Of a DNA stretch of 64,000 nucleotides, positions 10,113-18,703 are shown one piece after another (position 1 is the first letter of the stretch; every line of letters starts with the position of its first letter). Where the stretch lies: positions 819,465-883,464 of the forward strand of contig CP092821.1 of assembly GCA_022530585.1 (NCBI GenBank). Reading direction: 5' to 3'. The position numbers and the translations under genes are program-made. The notes under the pieces were generated by a model. That model worked only from the letters and a program-made list of their open reading frames with translations, was not told where the DNA came from and did not search any database. The stretch comes from Candidatus Nealsonbacteria bacterium DGGOD1a (GTDB lineage Bacteria; Patescibacteriota; Minisyncoccia; Minisyncoccales; UBA5738).

Positions 10113-10591
10113 TTATTGTACTTTTCAAACTCTTTTTTATATCTTTTTTTGTTATATTTATCGATAGGAAAAGCGGTACAAAAAAGGTAATAGTCTTTTC
10201 TTTTAGTAATTATAACTATATAGTCCCATTTACCGAAACAGAAACAAATTCTTTTTTGAATTTTACCTTTTTTGTTTTTTCTTTCCGTTTCCCACAATTT
10301 GATATCACCGCAAGGATAATTCTCAATAATAGCTTTCGGCCACTTCAATCTTTCACATCTTCTTAAATCTGGGGTTCTTTCCTCTTCTACCTCTCCCCCT
10401 GAAATCATGTGCCAAAATGTATATTCTTTTCCCTTTAAATAAGGGTCTCTAATACATTTCACCTGTAATTTATCAAATAAGATTTTGTCTTCAAAAAAAT
10501 CTTTTTTGAAACATAAATATAGGGCTTCTAAATACTTTTCCCAATCTCCACCAAAATCATCAAAACACAACAAGTCGGGTAATTTAGTCAT
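10058..10591 (-). CDS. Conserved hypothetical protein, partner of the DUF3800 gene
   Basis: 177 aa; FWHMISG..EEERTPDLRRCERL.W; starts 3 bp downstream of the DUF3800 stop. Confidence 0.75.
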   Translation of the reverse strand: MTKLPDLLCFDDFGGDWEKYLEALYLCFKKDFFEDKILFDKLQVKCIRDPYLKGKEYTFWHMISGGEVEEERTPDLRRCERLKWPKAIIENYPCGDIKLWETERKNKKGKIQKRICFCFGKWDYIVIITKRKDYYLFCTAFPIDKYNKKRYKKEFEKYNKQTPPLGAVSDTPSTHGR

Positions 10592-11245
10592 AGATCACTC
10601 TTGCGCTTTCCAAACGAAGACATTAAATTTATCCTCTCGATACAAAGTAGATTTTTGTAGCGAATACCCAGACCTTTCTATGATTCTTTTGATAATATCA
10701 ATTTTCGCCTTGCTTGTTTCCAATCCTCGATTTTGATAGCATACAGCTCCTAACAGAAAATCCGTAACTTGCATTAGTTCAATTTCATCAGATCTAACAA
10801 TCTGCATGTTTTCGATGATCTTTCTATCAAAATCATACATGTTATTAGATAAAACTTCCTGTAATTTTTTCACTTTCTGCCCTCCTCTTGTATCTTTGAT
10901 ATCAATGTATATGCGGTATTTATCTTCGGGATTAAAGATGGTTTTGAGCAGAGCAAAATACATTTTATAATACCACTCATCGTGAGTCTGCTTAAACTGA
11001 GAATGGTTCAAAAGGTGCTTGTCGGGAATCACAAGACACCGAAAATGTAAATCATCATTATCAAAAAAATAATCTACAATTTTTTTATAAAAAGCAACCT
11101 TCGCTGGAGAAACCTTTGTCCATTTTATCTCAAAATTAGATCCTATATTGTTTTCTTTTTTTATCTCTCTAATACGTTTAAAAATTTCGTGCGTTTTTTC
11201 TAATGGACACCATAAAGCACCAAAAGCCTGAAGTGGTCGGGGTTG

Positions 11246-12135
11246 TCAAGACACGGAATTTTGAGGAACCAGATGGTAAGAATTTGTTAAATTTGTTTGC
11301 TTAATCTTCTGAAAATGCACTTCTGCTGGTCTTCGGTAACCTAATGACTGATGGCGGCGCAGATTATTGTAAAGCGGAAAGTATTCATTTAAACCTCTGC
11401 GGGCTTGTCCCACATCTTGGTAGGAGTTTAAGTAAATGTTTTCCCGTTTGACCGTTCGCCATAATCTCTCGGTGAAAATGTTGTCCATATAGCGGCCGCG
11501 CCCGTCCATGGATATTTCGACTTGTTTTGATTCCAGAATTCCCGTAAATTGAGGACTGGTAAAATGGCTGCCTTGATCGCTGTTGAAAATTGCCGGCCGG
11601 CTTTGCGCCAAAGCTTCGTTTAAACATTCCAAGCAAAATCCGATTTCCAAGTTGTTGGATAATTTCCAAGCGATCACATAGCGGGAAAACCAATCAATAA
11701 TCGCGGCCAAATAAGCAAATCCCGTTTCCAGCCGCACATAAGTAATATCGCAACCCCAAACTTGATTCGGCCCGGTAATTTTCAGACCTCTTAACAGGTA
11801 AGGATAAATTTTGTGTTCGTTGTTTTTTAAGCTTAAATCAAGCTTGTTTTTGGGATAAATCGCCTCAATTCCCATGGTTTGCATCAATGCGCGAGTGTGG
11901 CCGCGGCCAATGGGAATTCGGTAGGTTTGATTCAATTCTTCTTTGATCTTCCGACTGCCATAGAACGGGAATCGGGTGTAAATAATATCAATCAAATCCA
12001 TGATTCTTTTGTCTTCTTCGCTCGGCGGCATCGGGCGGTAATACCAGCTGGCGCGGGATATTCCCAATAATTGGCATTGTCTTTTTAAAGAAATATTTTT
12101 GTTGTCTTCTTCAATCAGCGATATTTTCCGCTCAT
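11246..12135 (-). CDS. IS3 transposase OrfB (DDE), probably expressed by -1 frameshift
   Basis: WGCDITY, FNSDQGSHF, DNIFTERLWRTVKRE; A-rich slippery run at the end of OrfA; start approximate. Confidence 0.88.
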
Positions 12136-12434
12136 GGGTTAGGGATTTGCAGTTTTTTTTTAAGCCATTCCAGTTCCATATCTCTTTGGCCGATAATCTT
12201 GTAAAGATTGTCTAATTCCGCCTGACGGCGGATTTGCTCGTCTTTCTCCTTTTTGCGACCGTCCTTGAACAATTCGGCCAGATTATCCAACGCCTGCTTT
12301 TTCCAAAGCCCGATCTGTGTCGGATGAACTTGAAAATCCGAGCTGATTTGGGCCATTGTTTTTTCCTCCCTGATTGCGGTTAACGCCACTTGCGCTTTTT
12401 CTTGGGGAGTAAAACTCCGCGTTTTTTTGTTCAT
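12132..12434 (-). CDS. IS3 transposase OrfA (HTH)
   Basis: FTPQEKAQVAL...VHPTQIGLWKKQ...LEWLKKK. Confidence 0.9.
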   Translation of the reverse strand: MNKKTRSFTPQEKAQVALTAIREEKTMAQISSDFQVHPTQIGLWKKQALDNLAELFKDGRKKEKDEQIRRQAELDNLYKIIGQRDMELEWLKKKLQIPNP

Positions 12435-12748
12435 ATCTCATCATATCTTTTCCACACCAGTTGGCGCAAATTTCGTGTCTAGATTTGTAAGACCATTATA
12501 GCCATAGCCTGTTGATGGTCATGTTCCAAATGGCAGCTTTCGTCACAATAAATATTATAGATTTGGCTCATAAATTATTAAACCGTAACCCTTAAAAACT
12601 TTATTTTAATCTACAGTTTTCGAAGTATTTAATCAAGATTTAAAAATTCGACGAAGCCTCACGGCTTCGTGAGATTTATTTATATATTTTACCCCCCCTC
12701 CCCCACCTGCGGCTAAAATGCGTTGGCCTGAGCCCAATTCGAGCCCGG

Positions 12749-12818
12749 CTGCCCCCTTGCGAGCGCCGCCCTGGAGGAGAGCCCTCCGGAAGGGCAAGCG
12801 AAGCTCAGTCGGGGGCAG
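12749..12818 (-). other. GC-rich rod-like hairpin next to the putative recombination junction
   Basis: Nested CTGCCCCC/GGGGGCAG, GAGC/GCTC, GCCCT/AGGGC and GGAGG/CCTCC stems. Confidence 0.6.
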
Positions 12819-12877
12819 ATAGATGGTATAAATCAGCTGTTCTTGATAAAATAGGTACAAACTTCGTTGAAAATGTA

Positions 12878-13030
12878 CTCCATAATATAACAAAGTTCCT
12901 TTTTTCCCTCTAAATTGCGGCCGGCGGCGATCGCCGCCCATTGAATTGCGGGCCTTCCCGTGATTTTTTTGGCGGAAAGCGGGTTCGATACGGAATACCT
13001 AAGATTTTTTTGGCGGATACCTTTTTGGCG
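12878..13030 (-). repeat. Full inverted copy of the LSR 3'-end arm ending in ATGGAG (putative att site, copy B)
   Basis: Reverse complement aligns with 20029-20176 with ATGGAG in identical register; followed in frame by YIFNEVCTYFIKNS-stop (to 12833). Confidence 0.9.
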
Positions 13031-13433
13031 AGTCTTTCAAAAAACTAATAATTCTATTAACCGATCCATTAAAATCACTTTTAATTTGATGTTCCCAAAT
13101 CGTTAGCACTTGCCAACCAATTTTCCTTAACTTTCCCGCAACGAACCTATCCCTCAATTTATTTTTTCTTAATTTATTTTTCCAAAACTCATTTGGAAGC
13201 ACCGATTCCCACCGTGAAAGTTGCCAACCGTGCCAAAAATCACTATGCAAAAAAACCGCCTTTTGAAATTTTAGTAAAGCAATATCTGGCTTACCAATTA
13301 CTTTTTTGTAGTTTTTTTTAAATTTAATGCCTTTCCTTGATACTTCTCGAAAGATTTTCTGCTCAAAATCAGTATTCGACGAATGAATCCTCGACATTAT
13401 TGAACTTCGTTTTTCCTTACTAAATTTATCCAT
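12999..13433 (-). CDS. vsr: Very short patch repair endonuclease
   Basis: MDKFSKEKRSSIMSRI, GKPDI, FWHG, FWKNKL..NKLRD, GWQVLTIWE. Confidence 0.93.
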   Translation of the reverse strand: MDKFSKEKRSSIMSRIHSSNTDFEQKIFREVSRKGIKFKKNYKKVIGKPDIALLKFQKAVFLHSDFWHGWQLSRWESVLPNEFWKNKLRKNKLRDRFVAGKLRKIGWQVLTIWEHQIKSDFNGSVNRIISFLKDSPKRYPPKKS

Positions 13434-13436
13434 TTT

Positions 13437-13979
13437 TTAAAAAATACTTTTTGACTCCGCAGCTAATTCTTGAGTTAAACTTAGATTCCATGCTCGCATA
13501 GTTTTATGCCATCTTCTGAATTTTAAGAATTGCTCCCAAGTAAGCTCTAAAATTTTCTTTGGCTTATAGTGTTTATCGATTAAAACGATAATCACATACT
13601 CAAACTTTTTTTCCGGATTTTTATCGGTTTGATCACCGCAACCGTAAAAAACGCCCGTAAGATTCCCTGGTTCTGAAATTGTTTTAATACTATAACGCTC
13701 GCCTCTCCTGCTAATGGCATCTACATTTTGCGTTCCCTCCGGGGCCGCTTGAAGCTTAGCTAAGCCTGGCGTTTTATTGTATATTTTAATTGCCAAAAAT
13801 TCGCCGCGTTCGCCAACTATATTTCTAGTCCTCACTAATCCTCGTTCTTTCAATTTAAGACCGATGTATGCGTAGAGTGTCCAAATTTCCTCATCCGATA
13901 ACTCATTCGCCGCATTCAACACATCGTCAAATTTTAGCAACAAATCTCCTTTTTTTATGTTCTTTTCCATATACTCCAT
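13437..13979 (-). CDS. Putative PD-(D/E)XK restriction-type endonuclease
   Basis: GERGEFLA ... NVDA ... YSIKT core; divergent from the C5 MTase and coupled to vsr. Confidence 0.6.
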   Translation of the reverse strand: MEYMEKNIKKGDLLLKFDDVLNAANELSDEEIWTLYAYIGLKLKERGLVRTRNIVGERGEFLAIKIYNKTPGLAKLQAAPEGTQNVDAISRRGERYSIKTISEPGNLTGVFYGCGDQTDKNPEKKFEYVIIVLIDKHYKPKKILELTWEQFLKFRRWHKTMRAWNLSLTQELAAESKSIF

Positions 13980-14020
13980 TTTACTTTGATGATATAATTT
14001 GTTAAAGAGGGAACAGAAAC

Positions 14021-15049
14021 ATGACTATCTCGCGTAAAAAAAAGATAAAAGTAATCGACCTTTTTGCCGGTATCGGCGGTATTGGCCTCGCCTTTAAACG
14101 CGCGGGTTTTGATATTGTTTATTCAAATGATTTTGACAGGTTTGCTTGTAAAACATATGAAGCTAATGTCGGAAAGATTGATTATCGCGATATCAAAAAA
14201 GTCAAACCAGAAGAACTACCGATCTATAATGTTTTATTGGCTGGATTTCCGTGCCAACCGTTTTCCGCTCTGGGCCATCGTTTAGGATTTGAAGATCCGA
14301 GAGGTAATTTATTTTTTGAAATAGAAAGGTTACTGCACACAAACAAACCAGATGCTTTTTTTCTCGAGAATGTTCGTCATCTTAAAACTCATAACGACGG
14401 GAATACTTTCCGTGAGATCTCCAAAGCTTTGGAGGGTCGTTTAGGTTATAAATTATTCGTAAATATTTTAAACGGAAAAGATTTCGGCTTACCGCAGAGC
14501 AGAGAGCGGTTTTATTTGGTAGGCTTCAGGGAAAATGTATCATTCACGTTTCCGAAGGTAACAAATAAGGAATTACCGCGCTTGGATTCGATCCTTGAGG
14601 AAAACGTCGACCCCAAATATTACCTTTCCGAAAAATATTTAACTGGGCTAGAAAAACACAAAGAGAGACATCGAGGCAAAGGCCACGGATTCGGATATGA
14701 AATACTAGATCCGCAAGGTATCGCTCACACTCTTGTCGCTGGTAACATGGGCAGGGAAAGAAACTTGATCAAAGATAAACTGGTGGAATCGTATGATCAT
14801 GAAATTTTGACTCCAAGAAATAAAAAGGGTGTTCGCAAATTAACGGTTAGAGAATACGCTCGCCTTCAAGGATTTCCAGATTCTTTCGTTTTCCCGGTTT
14901 CAGACAACCAAGCATATAAACAAATAGGTAACTCTGTCTGTGTACCAGTAGTGCATGCAATCGCAAAAAAAATGAAAAAGGTTCTTGAAAGCACCTATTC
15001 TTTTCAACAAAATCAAGATTTAATGCCAGGAGAACATACAGCGAACTAA
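14021..15049 (+). CDS. dcm: DNA (cytosine-5) methyltransferase, M.HpaII-like (predicted CCGG)
   Basis: DLFAGIGG, GFPCQPFS, LENV, QSRERFY, YKQIGNSV; TRD KYYLS...HKERH..KG.GFGYEI...MGRERNL closely recalls M.HpaII. Confidence 0.92.
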   Translation: MTISRKKKIKVIDLFAGIGGIGLAFKRAGFDIVYSNDFDRFACKTYEANVGKIDYRDIKKVKPEELPIYNVLLAGFPCQPFSALGHRLGFEDPRGNLFFEIERLLHTNKPDAFFLENVRHLKTHNDGNTFREISKALEGRLGYKLFVNILNGKDFGLPQSRERFYLVGFRENVSFTFPKVTNKELPRLDSILEENVDPKYYLSEKYLTGLEKHKERHRGKGHGFGYEILDPQGIAHTLVAGNMGRERNLIKDKLVESYDHEILTPRNKKGVRKLTVREYARLQGFPDSFVFPVSDNQAYKQIGNSVCVPVVHAIAKKMKKVLESTYSFQQNQDLMPGEHTAN

Positions 15050-15054
15050 AAAAT

Positions 15055-15900
15055 TTAGTGAAATTTCGGCTCCTTGCGAAAACACTTATAACAAAGTGTT
15101 TTTAAGTTATTAATTTCGTTATTTTTCGGATCATTATCGATATGCCGAACGAACAGATCTTTACCATGATCTTTTTGGCTTGATCCCCTGTCTAACCCGC
15201 ATCTCGTACATTTAAAGCCATCCCTTTCTATGGCTTTTTCTCTATTCCCACCGAAATGCTTAAGATTCCAAGCCTCTTTCATTTTTTTCTTAACTTCTGG
15301 TCGTTGAGCGTATTTTTTTGAATATTCTTTATTTTTTTGTTTTATTTTCTCCGCATTTCTTTCATTGGAAGCTTTAACTAAATCTTTGAAATAATCGCTT
15401 TTGAAATAACAGTTACGACAAAGACCATAGCTGTGATGAGGTGTTGTGGTGGTTCCGCAATTTCGACATTTTAAATAAAATCTGCTCCACCGTTGTTTAT
15501 ACTTATCGGAATTTTTACCCAAGATATCAATTATCTCTGGAAAATTTTTTTTAATAATTTTTAAAGAAATTTTCTCATCCGATAAAAATTTGTTCAAAGA
15601 ATATTGAGTGGATGCTTTTTGCATTAATTCATTTCTTCGATTTTCATAAGATCCGTATTTCTTTTCGTCTCGTTTTGTCTCATGCGATTTTTTAATATCA
15701 TCAACAAACGAAGAAACATCAATTACCTGCCCCGCGTTTACGGATTGATGAATTTCATACATAATCGCCTTACTTAGTAATTGGCGAATACGCTCTCTGG
15801 TTATCCCGTGCTTTTGGCCTATTTCCTCAAGCGTGCATCCTTGCTTATAAAGCTCAAGAATATCCAAGAGTCGTGTTATGTTTTTTTCCGCTTCCTCCAT
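15055..15900 (-). CDS. Sigma70-r4 HTH + zinc-ribbon + HNH-like protein
   Basis: TLEEIGQKHGITRERIRQ; CRNC..H...GLCRNC; RDGFKCTRCG...HIDNDPKNN...NLKTLC. Confidence 0.75.
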   Translation of the reverse strand: MEEAEKNITRLLDILELYKQGCTLEEIGQKHGITRERIRQLLSKAIMYEIHQSVNAGQVIDVSSFVDDIKKSHETKRDEKKYGSYENRRNELMQKASTQYSLNKFLSDEKISLKIIKKNFPEIIDILGKNSDKYKQRWSRFYLKCRNCGTTTTPHHSYGLCRNCYFKSDYFKDLVKASNERNAEKIKQKNKEYSKKYAQRPEVKKKMKEAWNLKHFGGNREKAIERDGFKCTRCGLDRGSSQKDHGKDLFVRHIDNDPKNNEINNLKTLCYKCFRKEPKFH

Positions 15901-15905
15901 ATTGG

Positions 15906-17735
15906 TTAATGTGATTCATCGGGATTATACGCATCGTCAAACAGAAAATTTCCTAAGTCTTTGGCTGCCGCTTCATGCACCTTTGAAATCATAGTTCCAA
16001 GAATTTCTGCATCTATCGTGTCGGCGTTGAATCGATCTGGATCTTTTTTTGCCAACCGTTGGAGCGCCTCCTTAATAAAAATATCTATATACCTCTGGAA
16101 AAGAAAGTCTCTCCATCTTAAGTGTTCGGCTCCGTATTTTTCTATGATCGCTGCAGCAAGCGGGCTCGAAGTATTAATCCAATAGATTCCCGCATCAACA
16201 TCTTGTATCCTTTGATATACGACAGGCTGACGCGGATCGAGTTGCACCTTTTTCCCTCCATTGAGAGGATCATCGTCAAAACTCGACAGCTTAACCATAG
16301 GAAATTTACCCGTTTTCTTTGGTTTGTCTCCGCCTCCCTGCTGATCGCCAGATCCACCGCCCTTGGTTCCGCCTGAATCACCAGTTCCCGTTCCTCGTCC
16401 GCCCCCGGACCCACCAGAACCAAATCCTCCGCCGGAACCCACCCCTGGCCCGACCAGCACTTCCGCAAACAATTGGCGCATGAATTTATTTTTCCATTCG
16501 TTCAAAAAATCATTATAAGTGGAAGACAATTTTTTGTTAATTTCTTCTTGCTCTTTATCTTCTTGATCAGCGATTCTTGCGGCCAATTCATCCACCTGAG
16601 ACCTTATCCATTGAAGCAATGCGTTACTCCTATCGTTCGGAATAAGCTTTTCCCTGTCATTGCTAACGGAAGAATTCGCTGGTTCTTCAAGAATCGGACA
16701 TTCACATTCCCCATAGAGAAAAACCGCCTGCGTATAATAGCGAATACCCATTTCGTATATCCTGTAAGAACCGATAACCCCAAGTTCGCCAATGATATCG
16801 ACTCTATTAAGATCGGAAAACCGACCGCCCCGCTCTAAGGCAACCTCCGAAGTGCGAAGAATTAACCGGCCACCAGGATATTTCAAATTTTCCATTTCTA
16901 TAACCAGTTTTTCCGCATCTTTTTCCAAAATCAATTTGTCGGGTATCGGAATAACAATAGGTTCTTCGAATCCTGGACGAGGTTTAATTTCGTCTGGCAA
17001 CAATCTTTCGTATAATATTACATCGTTTTGACTTACGGAAAGCGGAATCCGCATCAGCACTCTTCGAGCCTGCGGATGGTTTTTCAATTTTTCACAAATT
17101 CGTAACGCTTTAATTTTTGTTTTCATTCCAACCGGACTAACCCCTCTCGCTACCGTAAACCCCGTCTCACCATTTAAAATTGATTCTTTCAATTCTGACG
17201 GAACAATTTTTTCTATATTGGCAAACTTTATGGCTTCGTTTACGTTAAATGGTATGTCCTTAAAAGGCTTGTTTTTTTGATAATTTGCAAAACCATATTT
17301 TTTATTTTCACTAAAACCAAAAACATTAAGTTTTCCGTCTCGGAAAGTAATAAAATACGATTCGTCAAACATTTGCCTCATATAAAACTTACCGCCGTTT
17401 CCGTGGCCTCCATAAGTTTTTTTCTTCATACCTCGTTTTGCCGCCTCTGGATCGCCCCACCATTGAAAAGCTTCCTGAATATCCAACGACGTCATACCCA
17501 CAAAATCGATATTTTCAACTGTCGCTTGTCCATCTTCTTCGTCGGTAAATCTTAAGACAACATATTGCTTGTTATCTGGCATTCCTTTTCTGATATACGC
17601 ATCCGCCGAATTTTTTACTAATTCTGAAATACCTTTTTCGTGATCGAATTTGAATTCTCTTCCCCAAATTTCCAAAAGATTGTCATGAAATTTATTCTGC
17701 TCTTCCTGAATGACAAACGTTTTCGTTTTAGCCAT
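15906..17735 (-). CDS. GHKL (HSP90/MORC-like) ATPase
   Basis: ELVKNSADA (N-box), DFVGMT, GGHGNGGK; long Gly-rich linker before the C-terminal domain. Confidence 0.75.
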   Translation of the reverse strand: MAKTKTFVIQEEQNKFHDNLLEIWGREFKFDHEKGISELVKNSADAYIRKGMPDNKQYVVLRFTDEEDGQATVENIDFVGMTSLDIQEAFQWWGDPEAAKRGMKKKTYGGHGNGGKFYMRQMFDESYFITFRDGKLNVFGFSENKKYGFANYQKNKPFKDIPFNVNEAIKFANIEKIVPSELKESILNGETGFTVARGVSPVGMKTKIKALRICEKLKNHPQARRVLMRIPLSVSQNDVILYERLLPDEIKPRPGFEEPIVIPIPDKLILEKDAEKLVIEMENLKYPGGRLILRTSEVALERGGRFSDLNRVDIIGELGVIGSYRIYEMGIRYYTQAVFLYGECECPILEEPANSSVSNDREKLIPNDRSNALLQWIRSQVDELAARIADQEDKEQEEINKKLSSTYNDFLNEWKNKFMRQLFAEVLVGPGVGSGGGFGSGGSGGGRGTGTGDSGGTKGGGSGDQQGGGDKPKKTGKFPMVKLSSFDDDPLNGGKKVQLDPRQPVVYQRIQDVDAGIYWINTSSPLAAAIIEKYGAEHLRWRDFLFQRYIDIFIKEALQRLAKKDPDRFNADTIDAEILGTMISKVHEAAAKDLGNFLFDDAYNPDESH

Positions 17736-17736
17736 A

Positions 17737-18369
17737 TTATTTTATTGCCTTGTAGGTAATTAATTCTTCGAACTTATTAAACAAAAAACTATGATACTGA
17801 ATAATTTTGTCGTAAAGGGGTTTTTTTTCGTCCGATTTCAACGATTTCAACTCCTCAACAACGCTTTTCATTGTCTCAACTCTTCCCATAAAATCATTTT
17901 TACTTGTTCTGACAGTGACCCCCAAATAATTATAAAAATCAGTATCCAATATTTTTTCCCGTTCATCGTTTATAAAAAGACCCTGAAACCCGTCCAGGAT
18001 TAAAATTCTTGCGACTTCTTTTTCCGCATGTCTCGACAAACGATTATCGCTTCTTATATGTTTACCGGCAACCGCATCTTTAATCTGGGTAGCAATGGAG
18101 ACACCACGATCTGTCAAGGTAAATATTTTGTTTCCAGCCGTAACCAATCCTTTCTTCTTCGCATCGTAAAGTGGTTTATGCACCATATCGCCAGAATCAG
18201 GATATTCCTTATATCCCCTCAAATGAAATTCCTCGGGATAATCCTTAAACAGCTTAACCACAATATCTTCAAACCGAATGTTGCGCCGGGTACCCCCAGA
18301 AAGGTTTAACAACGCAAGTAATACTTTTTGAAAACGCGAAAGACTTTGTGATTTTTCCATAATATTCAA
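17737..18369 (-). CDS. Hypothetical protein with probable N-terminal winged helix
   Basis: 210 aa ORF in an operon with the GHKL ATPase; FEDIVV..F..YP.EF.LRGY..YPDS...FTLTDRG. Confidence 0.65.
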   Translation of the reverse strand: MNIMEKSQSLSRFQKVLLALLNLSGGTRRNIRFEDIVVKLFKDYPEEFHLRGYKEYPDSGDMVHKPLYDAKKKGLVTAGNKIFTLTDRGVSIATQIKDAVAGKHIRSDNRLSRHAEKEVARILILDGFQGLFINDEREKILDTDFYNYLGVTVRTSKNDFMGRVETMKSVVEELKSLKSDEKKPLYDKIIQYHSFLFNKFEELITYKAIK

Positions 18370-18374
18370 AATAT

Positions 18375-18611
18375 TTACAATTTAAATTCTCCTGTTTTTT
18401 TGGAAAAAATAAATTTAGATTTCGTTTCTTTGATTTTTTTTTCGATTTCAGAAAATATTTTATCTATATCTTCTTCATTATATTCATAAACATGTCTATT
18501 CGCGCAATTTCCCAGAACTTTTAGACGCTTTAAAACCATGTTTGTGCGTAAAGTTGCCAAACGACAAAACCTTTCGCGTGAACTTTCATTTTTTGGTGAC
18601 TGCTTGCTCAT
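18375..18611 (-). CDS. Small helical protein of a type often found beside RM genes (possible regulator)
   Basis: RERF.RLA..RTN.VL..L..LGNCANR..YEY.EEDIDKIF. Confidence 0.7.
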   Translation of the reverse strand: MSKQSPKNESSRERFCRLATLRTNMVLKRLKVLGNCANRHVYEYNEEDIDKIFSEIEKKIKETKSKFIFSKKTGEFKL

Positions 18612-18703
18612 ATGCTTTGTTTTTGTTATAGATATATTACCCTTGCAAATAAGATGAACCCTTGGTAAGAGCTTAGCGTATTGTAGATATAAGTCAAGCT
18701 AAC

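Larger units (their letters stand above)
11229..12500 (-). mobile_element. IS3-family insertion sequence, 1272 bp, 3-bp TSD GCC
   Basis: Imperfect terminal IRs TGAAGTGGTC..TCAAGACACGGAATTT / TATAATGGTC..TCTAGACACGAAATTT; GCC at 11226-11228 and 12501-12503. Confidence 0.92.
10595..12571 (-). pseudogene. DUF3800-family protein interrupted by an IS3-family element
   Basis: N-terminus MSQIYNIYCDESCHLEHDHQQAMA (12571-12501) rejoins in frame with FGALWCP...EIKWTKVS...QVTDFLLGAV once the IS and one TSD copy are removed. Confidence 0.9.

Noticed and set aside
12781-12805. SRP (4.5S) RNA, because of TCCGGAAGG
   Set aside because: The flanking conserved CAGG and AAGCAGC internal-loop sequences are absent.
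12633-12941. 102-aa ORF
   Set aside because: It runs across the att arm and hairpin in a frame with no recognisable protein features.
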